A stretch of DNA of 64,000 nt, taken from the IMG/VR virus record IMGVR_UViG_2767802493_000005, positions 1,868 to 65,867 of that record; one strand, written 5' to 3'. This DNA is from a virus. Its lineage: Duplodnaviria; Caudoviricetes. This document shows, piece after piece, positions 16,223-23,814 of this stretch. Every line of letters starts with the position of its first letter. Positions within the stretch are counted from its first letter, which is position 1. A program made the translations under genes and the position numbers. The notes under the pieces are model-generated. The model saw nothing but the letters and a program-made list of their open reading frames with translations, was not told the origin of the DNA and made no database searches.

Positions 16223-16403
16223 TGGTGCGTTGGGCTGCCTGCGTCCCGCCGGCCATGTGCTCGTTCACCAAGAGCTTTTGGAATGAACTGTGGGTGGCCT
16301 CGACGAAACCGTTGATGACACCAGCCATTCGCTCGTTCTGCACTTTCAGCTGGCCGACGGCAGCCTCGAGCCCTGCTAGTCGCTGGGCAATCTCTTGGTC
16401 CAT
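16044..16403 (-). CDS. Antisense gene C (coiled-coil N-terminus)
   Basis: RBS GGAG; MDQEIAQRLAGLEAAVGQLKVQN, paralogous to 16611-16994. Confidence 0.6.
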   Translation of the reverse strand: MDQEIAQRLAGLEAAVGQLKVQNERMAGVINGFVEATHSSFQKLLVNEHMAGGTQAAQRTITDGLLANADQATRRNVEAGLQVAYEAFVAQGFDPAFLEQFVIAARSVFPGIELAPAAE

Positions 16404-16512
16404 GGTGATCTCCGTGGTGGGAGTGGTTGGGTGGTACCGCCAAGCCTGCCCGGAGATTGCCGCCACTGCCAGCACCAGCCTTCGGCAATTGCAGGGGGTT
16501 ACCCATGGGTAA
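16219..16512 (+). CDS. Coupled ORF B overlapping the antisense gene
   Basis: GGAGG RBS and TGATG overlap at the start; overlaps the next ATG at the end; atypical composition. Confidence 0.35.
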   Translation: MMVRWAACVPPAMCSFTKSFWNELWVASTKPLMTPAIRSFCTFSWPTAASSPASRWAISWSMVISVVGVVGWYRQACPEIAATASTSLRQLQGVTHG

Positions 16513-16894
16513 GGGGTTACCCCAGACGACTCCGACGGTCATGACCGCGGCTCTGCAGCGCATTGGTGTCTTGGAGCGTCAGGTGCGCGCGCTGCAGAAG
16601 GTTGCGTCGCCTAGCGCTCCGGCTCCTGGTCATCGTTGCTGCTGCGACCGGTTCGCATCTGGCCAATCGCCCGGGCCGGCTCCGAGGTGCGTTCCTGCTG
16701 AGCTGCCGCTTGCCCGTCCCCCGCTGCCCGTGCTGCCTTCGACTTCAGAATCTTCGCAACCAATTCCTCCAGGCGTTTCGTTACCAAGACCGCAGAAGGG
16801 GAGAGGCCTTCGGGTCCGGCTTGCTCGTGCACTCTTTGGATGGCACCGCGAACCATCGCGAGCAGCATGTCCAAGTCCGGATGACTGCCAATGA
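16505..16894 (+). CDS. Module ORF A'
   Basis: ALQRIGVLERQV..GRGLRVRL resembles ORF A; coupled at both ends. Confidence 0.4.
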   Translation: MGKGLPQTTPTVMTAALQRIGVLERQVRALQKVASPSAPAPGHRCCCDRFASGQSPGPAPRCVPAELPLARPPLPVLPSTSESSQPIPPGVSLPRPQKGRGLRVRLARALFGWHREPSRAACPSPDDCQ

Positions 16895-16994
16895 GCGCGG
16901 TTGTGAACCAGCGATGCGCGGCGTTCTCTACCTTCAGCAGCGAAACGCCTCGCTCAAGTTTGGCGATTCGTTCTTCGATCTCGGTGGGGGTCAT
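16611..16994 (-). CDS. Antisense gene C'
   Basis: MTPTEIEERIAKLERGVSLLKVEN, paralogous to 16044-16403; AGGGA upstream. Confidence 0.6.
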   Translation of the reverse strand: MTPTEIEERIAKLERGVSLLKVENAAHRWFTTALIGSHPDLDMLLAMVRGAIQRVHEQAGPEGLSPSAVLVTKRLEELVAKILKSKAARAAGDGQAAAQQERTSEPARAIGQMRTGRSSNDDQEPER

Positions 16995-17217
16995 TCAACT
17001 GTCCCTGCAGGATGGTGAGAGTGATCGATTCTGCCATCCGTTCAGAAGTTTGTCTGCGCGTAAATTGCACCCCTTTTGCACGTATCTCGCACGTATCTCG
17101 CACACATTTCGCACATGCCGCGCGTCGCTTTACGCGCACCGCACGAACCGCAAAACCCGAGGACTCCCATGCCCTGGATCGATGAAACCTGGCTGCAGGA
17201 CGCACTGGCGGCCCTGA
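16891..17217 (+). CDS. Coupled ORF B' (doubtful)
   Basis: ATGA-coupled start; same phase as ORF B. Confidence 0.25.
   Translation: MSAVVNQRCAAFSTFSSETPRSSLAIRSSISVGVIQLSLQDGESDRFCHPFRSLSARKLHPFCTYLARISHTFRTCRASLYAHRTNRKTRGLPCPGSMKPGCRTHWRP
17065..17114. repeat. Five T(T/C)GCAC direct repeats at an exact 11-bp period
   Basis: 17065, 17076, 17087, 17098, 17109. Confidence 0.8.
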
Positions 17218-17696
17218 AGGCCACGTGCGATGTCGACGCACACACCCGCAATGCGATGATTCAGTTCCTGCTGGACAACGGCTTCTGGGACCAGGAGAAG
17301 CTGAAGGACTGGACCAGCGCTGTTGCCAAGTTCAACAGCTGCCTCAATCCGAACAAGGCCGAATTCTTCAAGATCGGCGAGCTGTGGGCGCTGATGCGCC
17401 GCTTCGGCCGTCACCAGCTCTTCCTGGCCATGGCCGCAGATCTCGGCTACGAGGTCCGCCCGATCCCCACCGAGCATCGCCGGCAGGAACTGATGCAGCA
17501 GCTGCTCGACGCCCAGGCGCAGTGTGCCGCCGCCACGGAGCGCGTCGCAGGTCAACTGGAACGCCTCAACACGCCGACGCCGGAGCCGCGCCCAGGTGCC
17601 GTCCATGGACAGGGTCGCGCGCATTTCAGCACCAGCCCGAGCGATTGGAGCGCGCCCTCCAGGGGCAACGCCGTCCAAAGCGTGGGCTGCCCGTAA
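17169..17696 (+). CDS. CII-like phage regulatory protein
   Basis: CLNPNKAEFFKIGELWALM..GRHQLFLAMAADLGY; position between cro and the replication gene. Confidence 0.6.
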   Translation: MPWIDETWLQDALAALKATCDVDAHTRNAMIQFLLDNGFWDQEKLKDWTSAVAKFNSCLNPNKAEFFKIGELWALMRRFGRHQLFLAMAADLGYEVRPIPTEHRRQELMQQLLDAQAQCAAATERVAGQLERLNTPTPEPRPGAVHGQGRAHFSTSPSDWSAPSRGNAVQSVGCP

Positions 17697-17713
17697 CGGG
17701 ATAGGCCTGCGCA

Positions 17714-18760
17714 ATGAGCAACAAAATCACGGAGCTCTGCTGGAAGCTGCAGATGCCGCCGCCCGCAAAGGCGTTGCTGATGGCGCTCGCGTGGCACGCG
17801 GACGACTTCGGCATGGCCTATCCGGGGTTCACCACGTTGATCCAGAAGACCTGCCTGAGCAAGACCGCGCTGCTCAGCGCGATCGCGTGGCTGGAAGAGC
17901 ACCACGTGCTGACCATTCGCCGCGGCGGCAGTGATGCCGGCGGCACCAAGTACAGCAACCGGTACAGCCTCAACCTTGGCCGCCTGGACCCAGAAGTGTT
18001 CGCATCGAAGCCACGGCGCGCGTCTAAACCGGTGCGGCAGACGGACCGGTCCGAGAGCGACGAAGTGGTTGACCGGTCCGCCACGAACACCGGTACGGAT
18101 GCCGAACCGGTCCGCGACGCGGACGGGTCGAGAGAGACTGAAGGTGCTGACCGGTACGCGGGAAGTACCGGTACGCAAGAACGACCGGTGCGTCTCGCGA
18201 ACTCGACCGGTACGTCTGGCGCACCTGACCGGTCCGTCTCGCGTACTCAACCGGTCCGCGAGACGGACCCTAAAGGTCATGAAAGGTCAGTAAAGGTCAT
18301 TGAATCGTCAAACGCGCAGGCGCGCGACGACGAAGCGGCGATGCCGCAGCTCACCGCCGACGAGGTCAACCGCGAGCTGATGGGCATCCCACGTTTGCCG
18401 GCGGGTCTGGACCCGCAAGTCCTGGCCAGGTTCGTGCGTCATCGCCGTGTGCTGGGAAAGCCGATGACGATCAGCAGCTGGCTGGAGCTGCAGCCGCGAT
18501 TCCGCCAGCTCATGGCCGATGGCCACGACCTCAACCGCTCCCTGCGCCAGACGATGGCTGCAGGCCTGGCACTGCCCGTAACACCGAAACCCGAGGGGAC
18601 CGACCATGCCAACAATTCAGGCTCTGCTGCCGAACGAGTCCGACGTCGAGCAGAAGAGGACGAGCTCCGTGACGCCGCTGCAGAGGCAGACGCAGCCGCC
18701 GGCGCAGCAGGCGCCCTTGACGGCCCGGGCTACGCGGACGCTCTGGGTGCGCATGGCTGA
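17714..18760 (+). CDS. Replication initiator (O-like, N-terminal HTH)
   Basis: KALLMALAWHADDFGMAYPGFTTLIQKTCLSKTALLSAIAWLEEH; internal iterons. Confidence 0.85.
   Translation: MSNKITELCWKLQMPPPAKALLMALAWHADDFGMAYPGFTTLIQKTCLSKTALLSAIAWLEEHHVLTIRRGGSDAGGTKYSNRYSLNLGRLDPEVFASKPRRASKPVRQTDRSESDEVVDRSATNTGTDAEPVRDADGSRETEGADRYAGSTGTQERPVRLANSTGTSGAPDRSVSRTQPVRETDPKGHERSVKVIESSNAQARDDEAAMPQLTADEVNRELMGIPRLPAGLDPQVLARFVRHRRVLGKPMTISSWLELQPRFRQLMADGHDLNRSLRQTMAAGLALPVTPKPEGTDHANNSGSAAERVRRRAEEDELRDAAAEADAAAGAAGALDGPGYADALGAHG
18028..18299. repeat. Replication origin: 11 ACCGGT(A/C/G)CG iterons plus 3 AAAGGTCA repeats
   Basis: Iterons at 18028, 18045, 18072, 18089, 18106, 18150, 18167, 18184, 18206, 18228, 18250; AAAGGTCA at 18272, 18282, 18292. 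Confidence 0.8.
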
Positions 18761-19307
18761 GATCTACGGCTACCGCTGGACCAGCGCCTACGGCGAAGAT
18801 CCCAGCGGCGGCGCTGCCGCGACCTGGGCGAAAGGACTTGCCGGACTCACCGGTGAGCAGCTGGCTGCGGGCCTGGGCTCGAGCATCGCCTCGGCTGATC
18901 CGTGGCCACCGACGCTGCCCGAATTCCGCCTGCGCTGCCTGGGGGTGCCCAGCTTCGCCGCCGTTCGCAACGACACCGGCCGCCGGGACGGCTTCACGCG
19001 CCTGGTGTGGCAGTACCTGGACGGCCACCGCTACCGCACCTCGAGCGCGGACAAGAGCGATCGCCTGTTGCGCGAAGCCTACGACCAGGCCCGCGAATAC
19101 GTGATGCGCGGCGGTAGGCTGCCGGAAGAGCCGGTGGCGACGCTCGGCCAGGCCGCGGCGCCGCCGCCGGTACCGGCCAGCCCCGAAGCGCTGCGTCGTG
19201 CAGAGCGCGAGATCGCGGAGATCTTCGGCCAGGGATCTGCAGAGCCCGGCAACGACGACCAGGCCCAAGCGACCGGCAAGATGGCAGCGGCAGGGCTGGA
19301 CCGATGA
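18606..19307 (+). CDS. P-like helicase loader (start uncertain)
   Basis: LWVRMAEIYGYRW..YG..W..GLAGLTGEQLAAG..WPPTLPEF..C. Confidence 0.7.
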   Translation: MPTIQALLPNESDVEQKRTSSVTPLQRQTQPPAQQAPLTARATRTLWVRMAEIYGYRWTSAYGEDPSGGAAATWAKGLAGLTGEQLAAGLGSSIASADPWPPTLPEFRLRCLGVPSFAAVRNDTGRRDGFTRLVWQYLDGHRYRTSSADKSDRLLREAYDQAREYVMRGGRLPEEPVATLGQAAAPPPVPASPEALRRAEREIAEIFGQGSAEPGNDDQAQATGKMAAAGLDR

Positions 19308-19843
19308 CCGACCAGGATCGACTGCGCAGCTACCACCGTCAGCAGGTGCTGTACGCCCTGCAGCAGGCCAGCGAGCCGATGACGGCCTCCGAAGTGCACG
19401 AGGGCATAACTACCCTGGCGCTGGCCATGGGCCACCCCAGGGAATGCTCCGCGATCACCCCAGCTGCTGTGGCCGGGATTCTGCGCGGCATGCTCGGCGA
19501 GCAGCTGGTCACCCAGGGCGAAGACAGGGCCAATCGGCGTTACGGTCGCGCCGAACCGACCTGGTCGGTCGCAGCTGGCCAGCCGGCGGTCACTCTGCCG
19601 CAAGCCCCGGGCCGAAATGCGATCGCACCGGTGGCCGCATCAACGCTGGGCGGGCAGGGTACGCAGCTGCGCCAGATCACCCTGGATCAGCGCATGGCAT
19701 TCCTGCAGGCCGAGTGCGCCGCACTGCTGGCGGATGTGACCAAGGAACATGCTGCGTTCGAGCTGCGGGTTCGAAGCCAGATCGAGGCGTTCGAAGCGCG
19801 CGCTGCACGGCTGCTCGGCCTGCCGCAGGACGGCGGCCAATGA
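19304..19843 (+). CDS. Hypothetical protein, possible winged helix plus coiled coil
   Basis: VLYALQQASEPMTASEV; ATGA coupling. Confidence 0.6.
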   Translation: MTDQDRLRSYHRQQVLYALQQASEPMTASEVHEGITTLALAMGHPRECSAITPAAVAGILRGMLGEQLVTQGEDRANRRYGRAEPTWSVAAGQPAVTLPQAPGRNAIAPVAASTLGGQGTQLRQITLDQRMAFLQAECAALLADVTKEHAAFELRVRSQIEAFEARAARLLGLPQDGGQ

Positions 19844-20271
19844 GCAATCGCGGACTTCGCTACAACCGCATCGAGGACATGCCGCAGGGCATGCAGCAGC
19901 TGGTGCACAAAGCTGGCCAGGGCGCCTCTAAGCGCGGGCCGGCCGAGCACCAGGAGCGCGCACCGGCGGAGAAGCGGCCGAAGTACGGCAACGTGATCAC
20001 CACGGTGGATGGGATCCGCTTCGATTCCAAGCGCGAGGCGCGCTACTACGAGCAGCTGAAACTGCGGCAGCAGGCTGGCGAGGTGCACTTCTGGCTTCGT
20101 CAGGTGCCGATGCACCTGCCAGGCGGCACCAGGTACGTGCTGGACTTCCTGGTGTTCCTGCGCGACGGGAGTGTCGACTTCGTGGACGTGAAGGGGCGGG
20201 AGACGAAGGAATTCCGCATCAAGAAGCGCGAAGTGGAACACCACTACCCGATCAAGGTGCTGCTGGCATGA
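19840..20271 (+). CDS. DUF1064-family PD-(D/E)XK nuclease
   Basis: KYGNV.T.VDGIRFDSKREARYY..LRQV..YVLDF..DVKG..FRIKK. Confidence 0.85.
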   Translation: MSNRGLRYNRIEDMPQGMQQLVHKAGQGASKRGPAEHQERAPAEKRPKYGNVITTVDGIRFDSKREARYYEQLKLRQQAGEVHFWLRQVPMHLPGGTRYVLDFLVFLRDGSVDFVDVKGRETKEFRIKKREVEHHYPIKVLLA

Positions 20272-20606
20272 GCGGCTGGAGATCGAGCGGCAGCGCAGGG
20301 CGCACCCGGGTCGACCTCACCGAGGTCCCCACCACCGACCTGCTGCGGGAGATCGAGCGGCGCTGCTCAGCTGGTAGACCCTCGAAGGCCCAGCCGCCGG
20401 CACAGGATCGGCCGTTCCCGACAAAGGCGCTCTGGGCCGAAGACAAGGTGAAGCAGGCACGTACGCGGCTTGCCGAGCTCCGCGCGCTGCCGGCGCCGGC
20501 AAGCGAGGCTGAGCGCGCCGCCCGTTCCGCCCAGGACGCTCAACTGGTCGCCGACGTCGTCAAGTACGACGGCATGGCCAAGGCATTCGCGAGGAAGGGT
20601 CAATGA
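20268..20606 (+). CDS. Hypothetical protein
   Basis: ATGA-coupled ORF. Confidence 0.55.
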   Translation: MSGWRSSGSAGRTRVDLTEVPTTDLLREIERRCSAGRPSKAQPPAQDRPFPTKALWAEDKVKQARTRLAELRALPAPASEAERAARSAQDAQLVADVVKYDGMAKAFARKGQ

Positions 20607-21430
20607 AACCTGCAGAGCTCAAGGCGCGGTTCCCGACGGAGGCTGCGCTGTGCACGTGCCTGATCGACTGCCTGACCGCGGCCGGCGGCTGGGAGATATA
20701 CCCCGAGACGGCCGGCTTCGACATCCTCGCCGTCTGGAGGGCCACCGGGCACCAGCTCGGCATTGAGGCGAAGCTGCAGCTCAACGCCAAGGTGGCCGAT
20801 CAGATCCTGCCGGCGCACTGGAGCAACAGCGACCAGCGGGGCCCCGACTTCAGGGCGGTGCTGGTGCCCTGCACGACGGAAGCGAACTACGGCATTGCAC
20901 GGATGCTCGATGCGCTGGGTGTGCAGGTCCTGGTGCCGGACAGCTGTACCAGCCGATGGAACCCACAGCCGGGCGAGGGAATCCAGCGCGAAGTGCATCG
21001 GCATGGCCTGCACCAGGCCGCCCCATGGGACCGCGCATCCGGCGATCTCCGCGAATGGGGACCCACAGCATGGTTCGACTGGAACCCCACCAAGCGCTGT
21101 GAATTGCCTGAGTTTGTGCCAAAGGTGGCCGCAGGCGTGCCGGCGCCGCTGCAGCTGACGCCGTGGAAGGTTGGCGCGCTGAAGGTGTTGGCCGACCTCG
21201 AGCTCGACGGATTCACCACTGCGAAGGGCGTCCGGGCCCATGGCGTGGATCCGCGCCGCTTCTGTGCGACCGACGGATGGCTGAAGCAGCTGGGCGGCGG
21301 GAAATGGGCCCGCGGGACCCTGCCGGCTTTCGAGGACCAGCACCCGGAGGCCTATGCCCAGGTGCTTGCCCAGGCGCGCGCCGCGCGCGCTGTATCCGAT
21401 CCCAAAAAGACTCTGGAACAGAAGACATGA
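20603..21430 (+). CDS. Hypothetical protein with a PD-(D/E)XK-like N-terminus
   Basis: YPETAGFDIL..IGIEAK-like motif (LGIEAKL). Confidence 0.55.
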   Translation: MKPAELKARFPTEAALCTCLIDCLTAAGGWEIYPETAGFDILAVWRATGHQLGIEAKLQLNAKVADQILPAHWSNSDQRGPDFRAVLVPCTTEANYGIARMLDALGVQVLVPDSCTSRWNPQPGEGIQREVHRHGLHQAAPWDRASGDLREWGPTAWFDWNPTKRCELPEFVPKVAAGVPAPLQLTPWKVGALKVLADLELDGFTTAKGVRAHGVDPRRFCATDGWLKQLGGGKWARGTLPAFEDQHPEAYAQVLAQARAARAVSDPKKTLEQKT

Positions 21431-22347
21431 ACGAAACCACTGTCGGTACAAGCGCGCTCGCAGCCGCGCGCGAGCTCGAGGTGGCGTTCCTCAAGGGCAA
21501 GAAGATTCCCTGCTGTGCCAACTGCAACGGCAAGGCGCGGGTGTGCTGGCCTGGCCGCGAGTCCCAGCTCGTACAGTTCCAGTGCCGGCGCTGCGGGCCG
21601 CGGGGAGCCATCTTCGACAGCAGCGTGCCAGTCCAGTGTGGCCGTTGTGGTACCGCCCCGACTGGCCTGTTCCCACGTGGCGCACAGATCCAGTGCTGCA
21701 GCTGCGGGGCATCCTCAGCCGTGTTCGTTGGCCAGGATCCCGCTGGTGCTCTGGCGGCTGCGCTGGATGCCTGGTGCCGCCGAGCACCAGTGCTTCCGCC
21801 GGCGACGGACGACAGTGCAGGGCAGCGGCGCCGTGGCGCAGCCCCGGATGGCTTTGACGACGAGGGCAAGGGCGACGTCCTGGAGCTGCTATCCCGCCTG
21901 CTGGTCGGCGGGAGCTACCGCATGCCCGTTGAAGGGCGCAGCACCTTGGCACCGTTGGGCAGCAGCGACATCGCCGGCGCGGTCGGCTACATGCGCAATC
22001 CGCTGGAGAAGCACACTGCGCTCGCCGTGGCGACCAGGATGGGCCCCGCCGCGATCGCACGGCTCTCCCTCGCTGCCTACCGTCAGGTGGCCAAGGACGT
22101 GCGTGCAATGCGGCCGCGGCCTCTGGATCTCGGCAAGCCCGCCGATCGCTGGCGCCTTCGCCTGGTGATCTATGACGCGGCGCACGAGCTGGTGTGGCCG
22201 GAGCGGCGCCAGCCGTTTGCCGGCCTGGCCAAGTCCGCCAAGATGCGCAAGGGCAACTACATCAAGGCCTACAAGTGCGCGAACTCTGTGCTACAGAATG
22301 CGCTGAGCAGCGGGCGGCACAGCTTCCGAACGTCGCTTTGGGCGTGA
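21427..22347 (+). CDS. Lar-like zinc ribbons fused to a probable late antiterminator (Q-like)
   Basis: Four CxxC pairs ending ALDAWCRRA, then VLELLSRL..SSDIAGAVG; last early gene before the terminator/tRNA/lysis block. Confidence 0.55.
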   Translation: MNETTVGTSALAAARELEVAFLKGKKIPCCANCNGKARVCWPGRESQLVQFQCRRCGPRGAIFDSSVPVQCGRCGTAPTGLFPRGAQIQCCSCGASSAVFVGQDPAGALAAALDAWCRRAPVLPPATDDSAGQRRRGAAPDGFDDEGKGDVLELLSRLLVGGSYRMPVEGRSTLAPLGSSDIAGAVGYMRNPLEKHTALAVATRMGPAAIARLSLAAYRQVAKDVRAMRPRPLDLGKPADRWRLRLVIYDAAHELVWPERRQPFAGLAKSAKMRKGNYIKAYKCANSVLQNALSSGRHSFRTSLWA

Positions 22348-22375
22348 TTTGCGAGCGATCAACATGCTGACAGGC

Positions 22376-22888
22376 CTAGTGGTTCAGCGTTAAGAAGCTT
22401 GCCATCATCTCCTCTAGCCGCGACAGATTCTTGGTAAGTGTCTCCCGCAACTCCCGGCGCCTGAGCACCGCAGCGTCTCGGGATTTCCTGACTTCTGGGT
22501 TGGTCAAGGCTCCCGGTTCCGCGATGGTGACCTTCGCATCCCAAAGGTCAATCAAGGGCTCGTAAATTTCCTGCCAGATGAAGTTGTAAATGGACTGGCC
22601 GAAAAGCCATCGAATGTCCTTGAGGCTGGAAAAGACCTGCTGCTCGGCGTCCTCGCGCCAGTCGGCTGAGATCGCTCTGAAGGTCGCGTCTCTAATTCGA
22701 TCGTAGGCTTCCATGCGCCTCGTGAAAAGATCGAACTTCAACTTGTTGCGGGCAGTCTCAGCCTGCATTTGAGCTGTACGCCATTGCCTCCACGCGATAA
22801 TGCCAACGGCAACGGCAACCAAGATCTGCCCCGTTGCGGTGAACAGCTTGATCTGCAGATCAGTCATGCCCAGTACGGTCTCAACCAT
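22376..22888 (-). CDS. Single-TM moron protein (family shared with 61216-61782)
   Basis: RBS GGGAG; TM then AWRQWRTA..ARNKLKFDLFTRR. Confidence 0.7.
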   Translation of the reverse strand: MVETVLGMTDLQIKLFTATGQILVAVAVGIIAWRQWRTAQMQAETARNKLKFDLFTRRMEAYDRIRDATFRAISADWREDAEQQVFSSLKDIRWLFGQSIYNFIWQEIYEPLIDLWDAKVTIAEPGALTNPEVRKSRDAAVLRRRELRETLTKNLSRLEEMMASFLTLNH

Positions 22889-22969
22889 TGCGACTCCCTC
22901 CCTGTTGGCCGGGATTATCACATTTGTTAAGGTTTGTTAGGGCCATGTTGGCCAGAAAAGGGAGCAGCA

Positions 22970-23401
22970 ATGTCGGGACAGTTCTTCAACCTCCAGGGGC
23001 AGATCGTGACGGCAGAGGAGGCCTTGCGCGCAGCCGCGAGCTTCATCGGAACCGATCTCAAGACGCGTGGCGACGTCCTTGATGGTCGGGTCGCTTGGGA
23101 GTACGTGCTCCGGATGGATACGGGTAACGGCCGACAGTTCGATCTGCGGGTCAAGATCTGGAGGTCGGACATCGCAGCAAGCCCATACCAATTCGCTCGC
23201 AGTGTCCATGTCAAAGCCCCGCATATGTTGAGTCCCTATGTAGGGAATGGTTTGGGGGATACGGTAGTGGAGGCCTTACTTACGGCTATCCGTGACACGA
23301 TGTACCCGATCGAGGAGGGGCGGAAACAGGGACTCCAGTTCGACATCACTTGGCTCCGCCCAAACCACGATTACGCCACAACACCCGGTTACAAAGACTG
23401 A
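22970..23401 (+). CDS. Hypothetical moron protein
   Basis: RBS GGAG; divergent from 22888; lower-GC segment. Confidence 0.6.
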   Translation: MSGQFFNLQGQIVTAEEALRAAASFIGTDLKTRGDVLDGRVAWEYVLRMDTGNGRQFDLRVKIWRSDIAASPYQFARSVHVKAPHMLSPYVGNGLGDTVVEALLTAIRDTMYPIEEGRKQGLQFDITWLRPNHDYATTPGYKD

Positions 23402-23441
23402 TCGGCGGCAGAGGAAACGTTTATCTAGATGACCTCAGTCG

Positions 23442-23475
23442 TTCCTCATGAGGAAGATTCTCTCCTCATGAGGAG
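23442..23475. promoter_or_regulatory. Two tandem perfect 14-bp palindromes
   Basis: TTCCTCATGAGGAA 23442-23455 and CTCCTCATGAGGAG 23462-23475. Confidence 0.5.
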
Positions 23476-23547
23476 CCGCAGTTGCCTCGGGAACCGAAAG
23501 TAGGTTTGAATTCCTACAGTGGGCGTTCTTATGGGCGCCTCAATTCA

Positions 23548-23606
23548 AAGGCCGTTGATTGACCAGGACGTGGGAGTCCGCTGGTCGATCAGCGGCCTTC
23601 TTGTTT
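23548..23606 (+). terminator. tR'-like intrinsic terminator ahead of the late operon
   Basis: Long stem AAGGCCGTTGATTGACCAG/CTGGTCGATCAGCGGCCTT followed by CTTGTTT. Confidence 0.65.
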
Positions 23607-23682
23607 GCGGGGTAGAGCAGTCCGGCAGCTCGCGTGGCTCATAACCACGAGGTCGGTGGTTCGAATCCACCTCCCGCTACCA
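23606..23682 (+). tRNA. tRNA-Met (CAT), initiator-like
   Basis: 77-nt cloverleaf with encoded CCA, 1:72 mismatch, A11-U24, anticodon arm CGTGG-CTCATAA-CCACG. Confidence 0.92.
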
Positions 23683-23685
23683 AAC

Positions 23686-23792
23686 GGCCGGTAGTCATGG
23701 CCACCACTCAAGCCAGCACATAGGCCGTCGTGAGACGCGCCGCTGGTGTCCGCGCGACCTTGCAACCGCGGTAGTGGTGGGCCATGCCGGCC
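23686..23792 (+). ncRNA. Candidate structured RNA or holin leader
   Basis: 19-bp interrupted closing stem plus an inner CCAGC/GCTGG stem and a CGTC-GTGA-GACG GNRA hairpin. Confidence 0.45.
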
Positions 23793-23814
23793 TCCTTTCA
23801 TTGGGGGAACCGCG

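Noticed and set aside
17065-18299. Short repeat arrays as possible CRISPR
   Set aside because: Repeats are 6-11 bp without unique 30-40 bp spacers, and no cas genes are present.
23606-23682. tRNA-Ile2 (CAU, lysidine) assignment
   Set aside because: The 1:72 mismatch, A11-U24 and G4/G5 acceptor pairs fit the initiator type better; not formally excluded.
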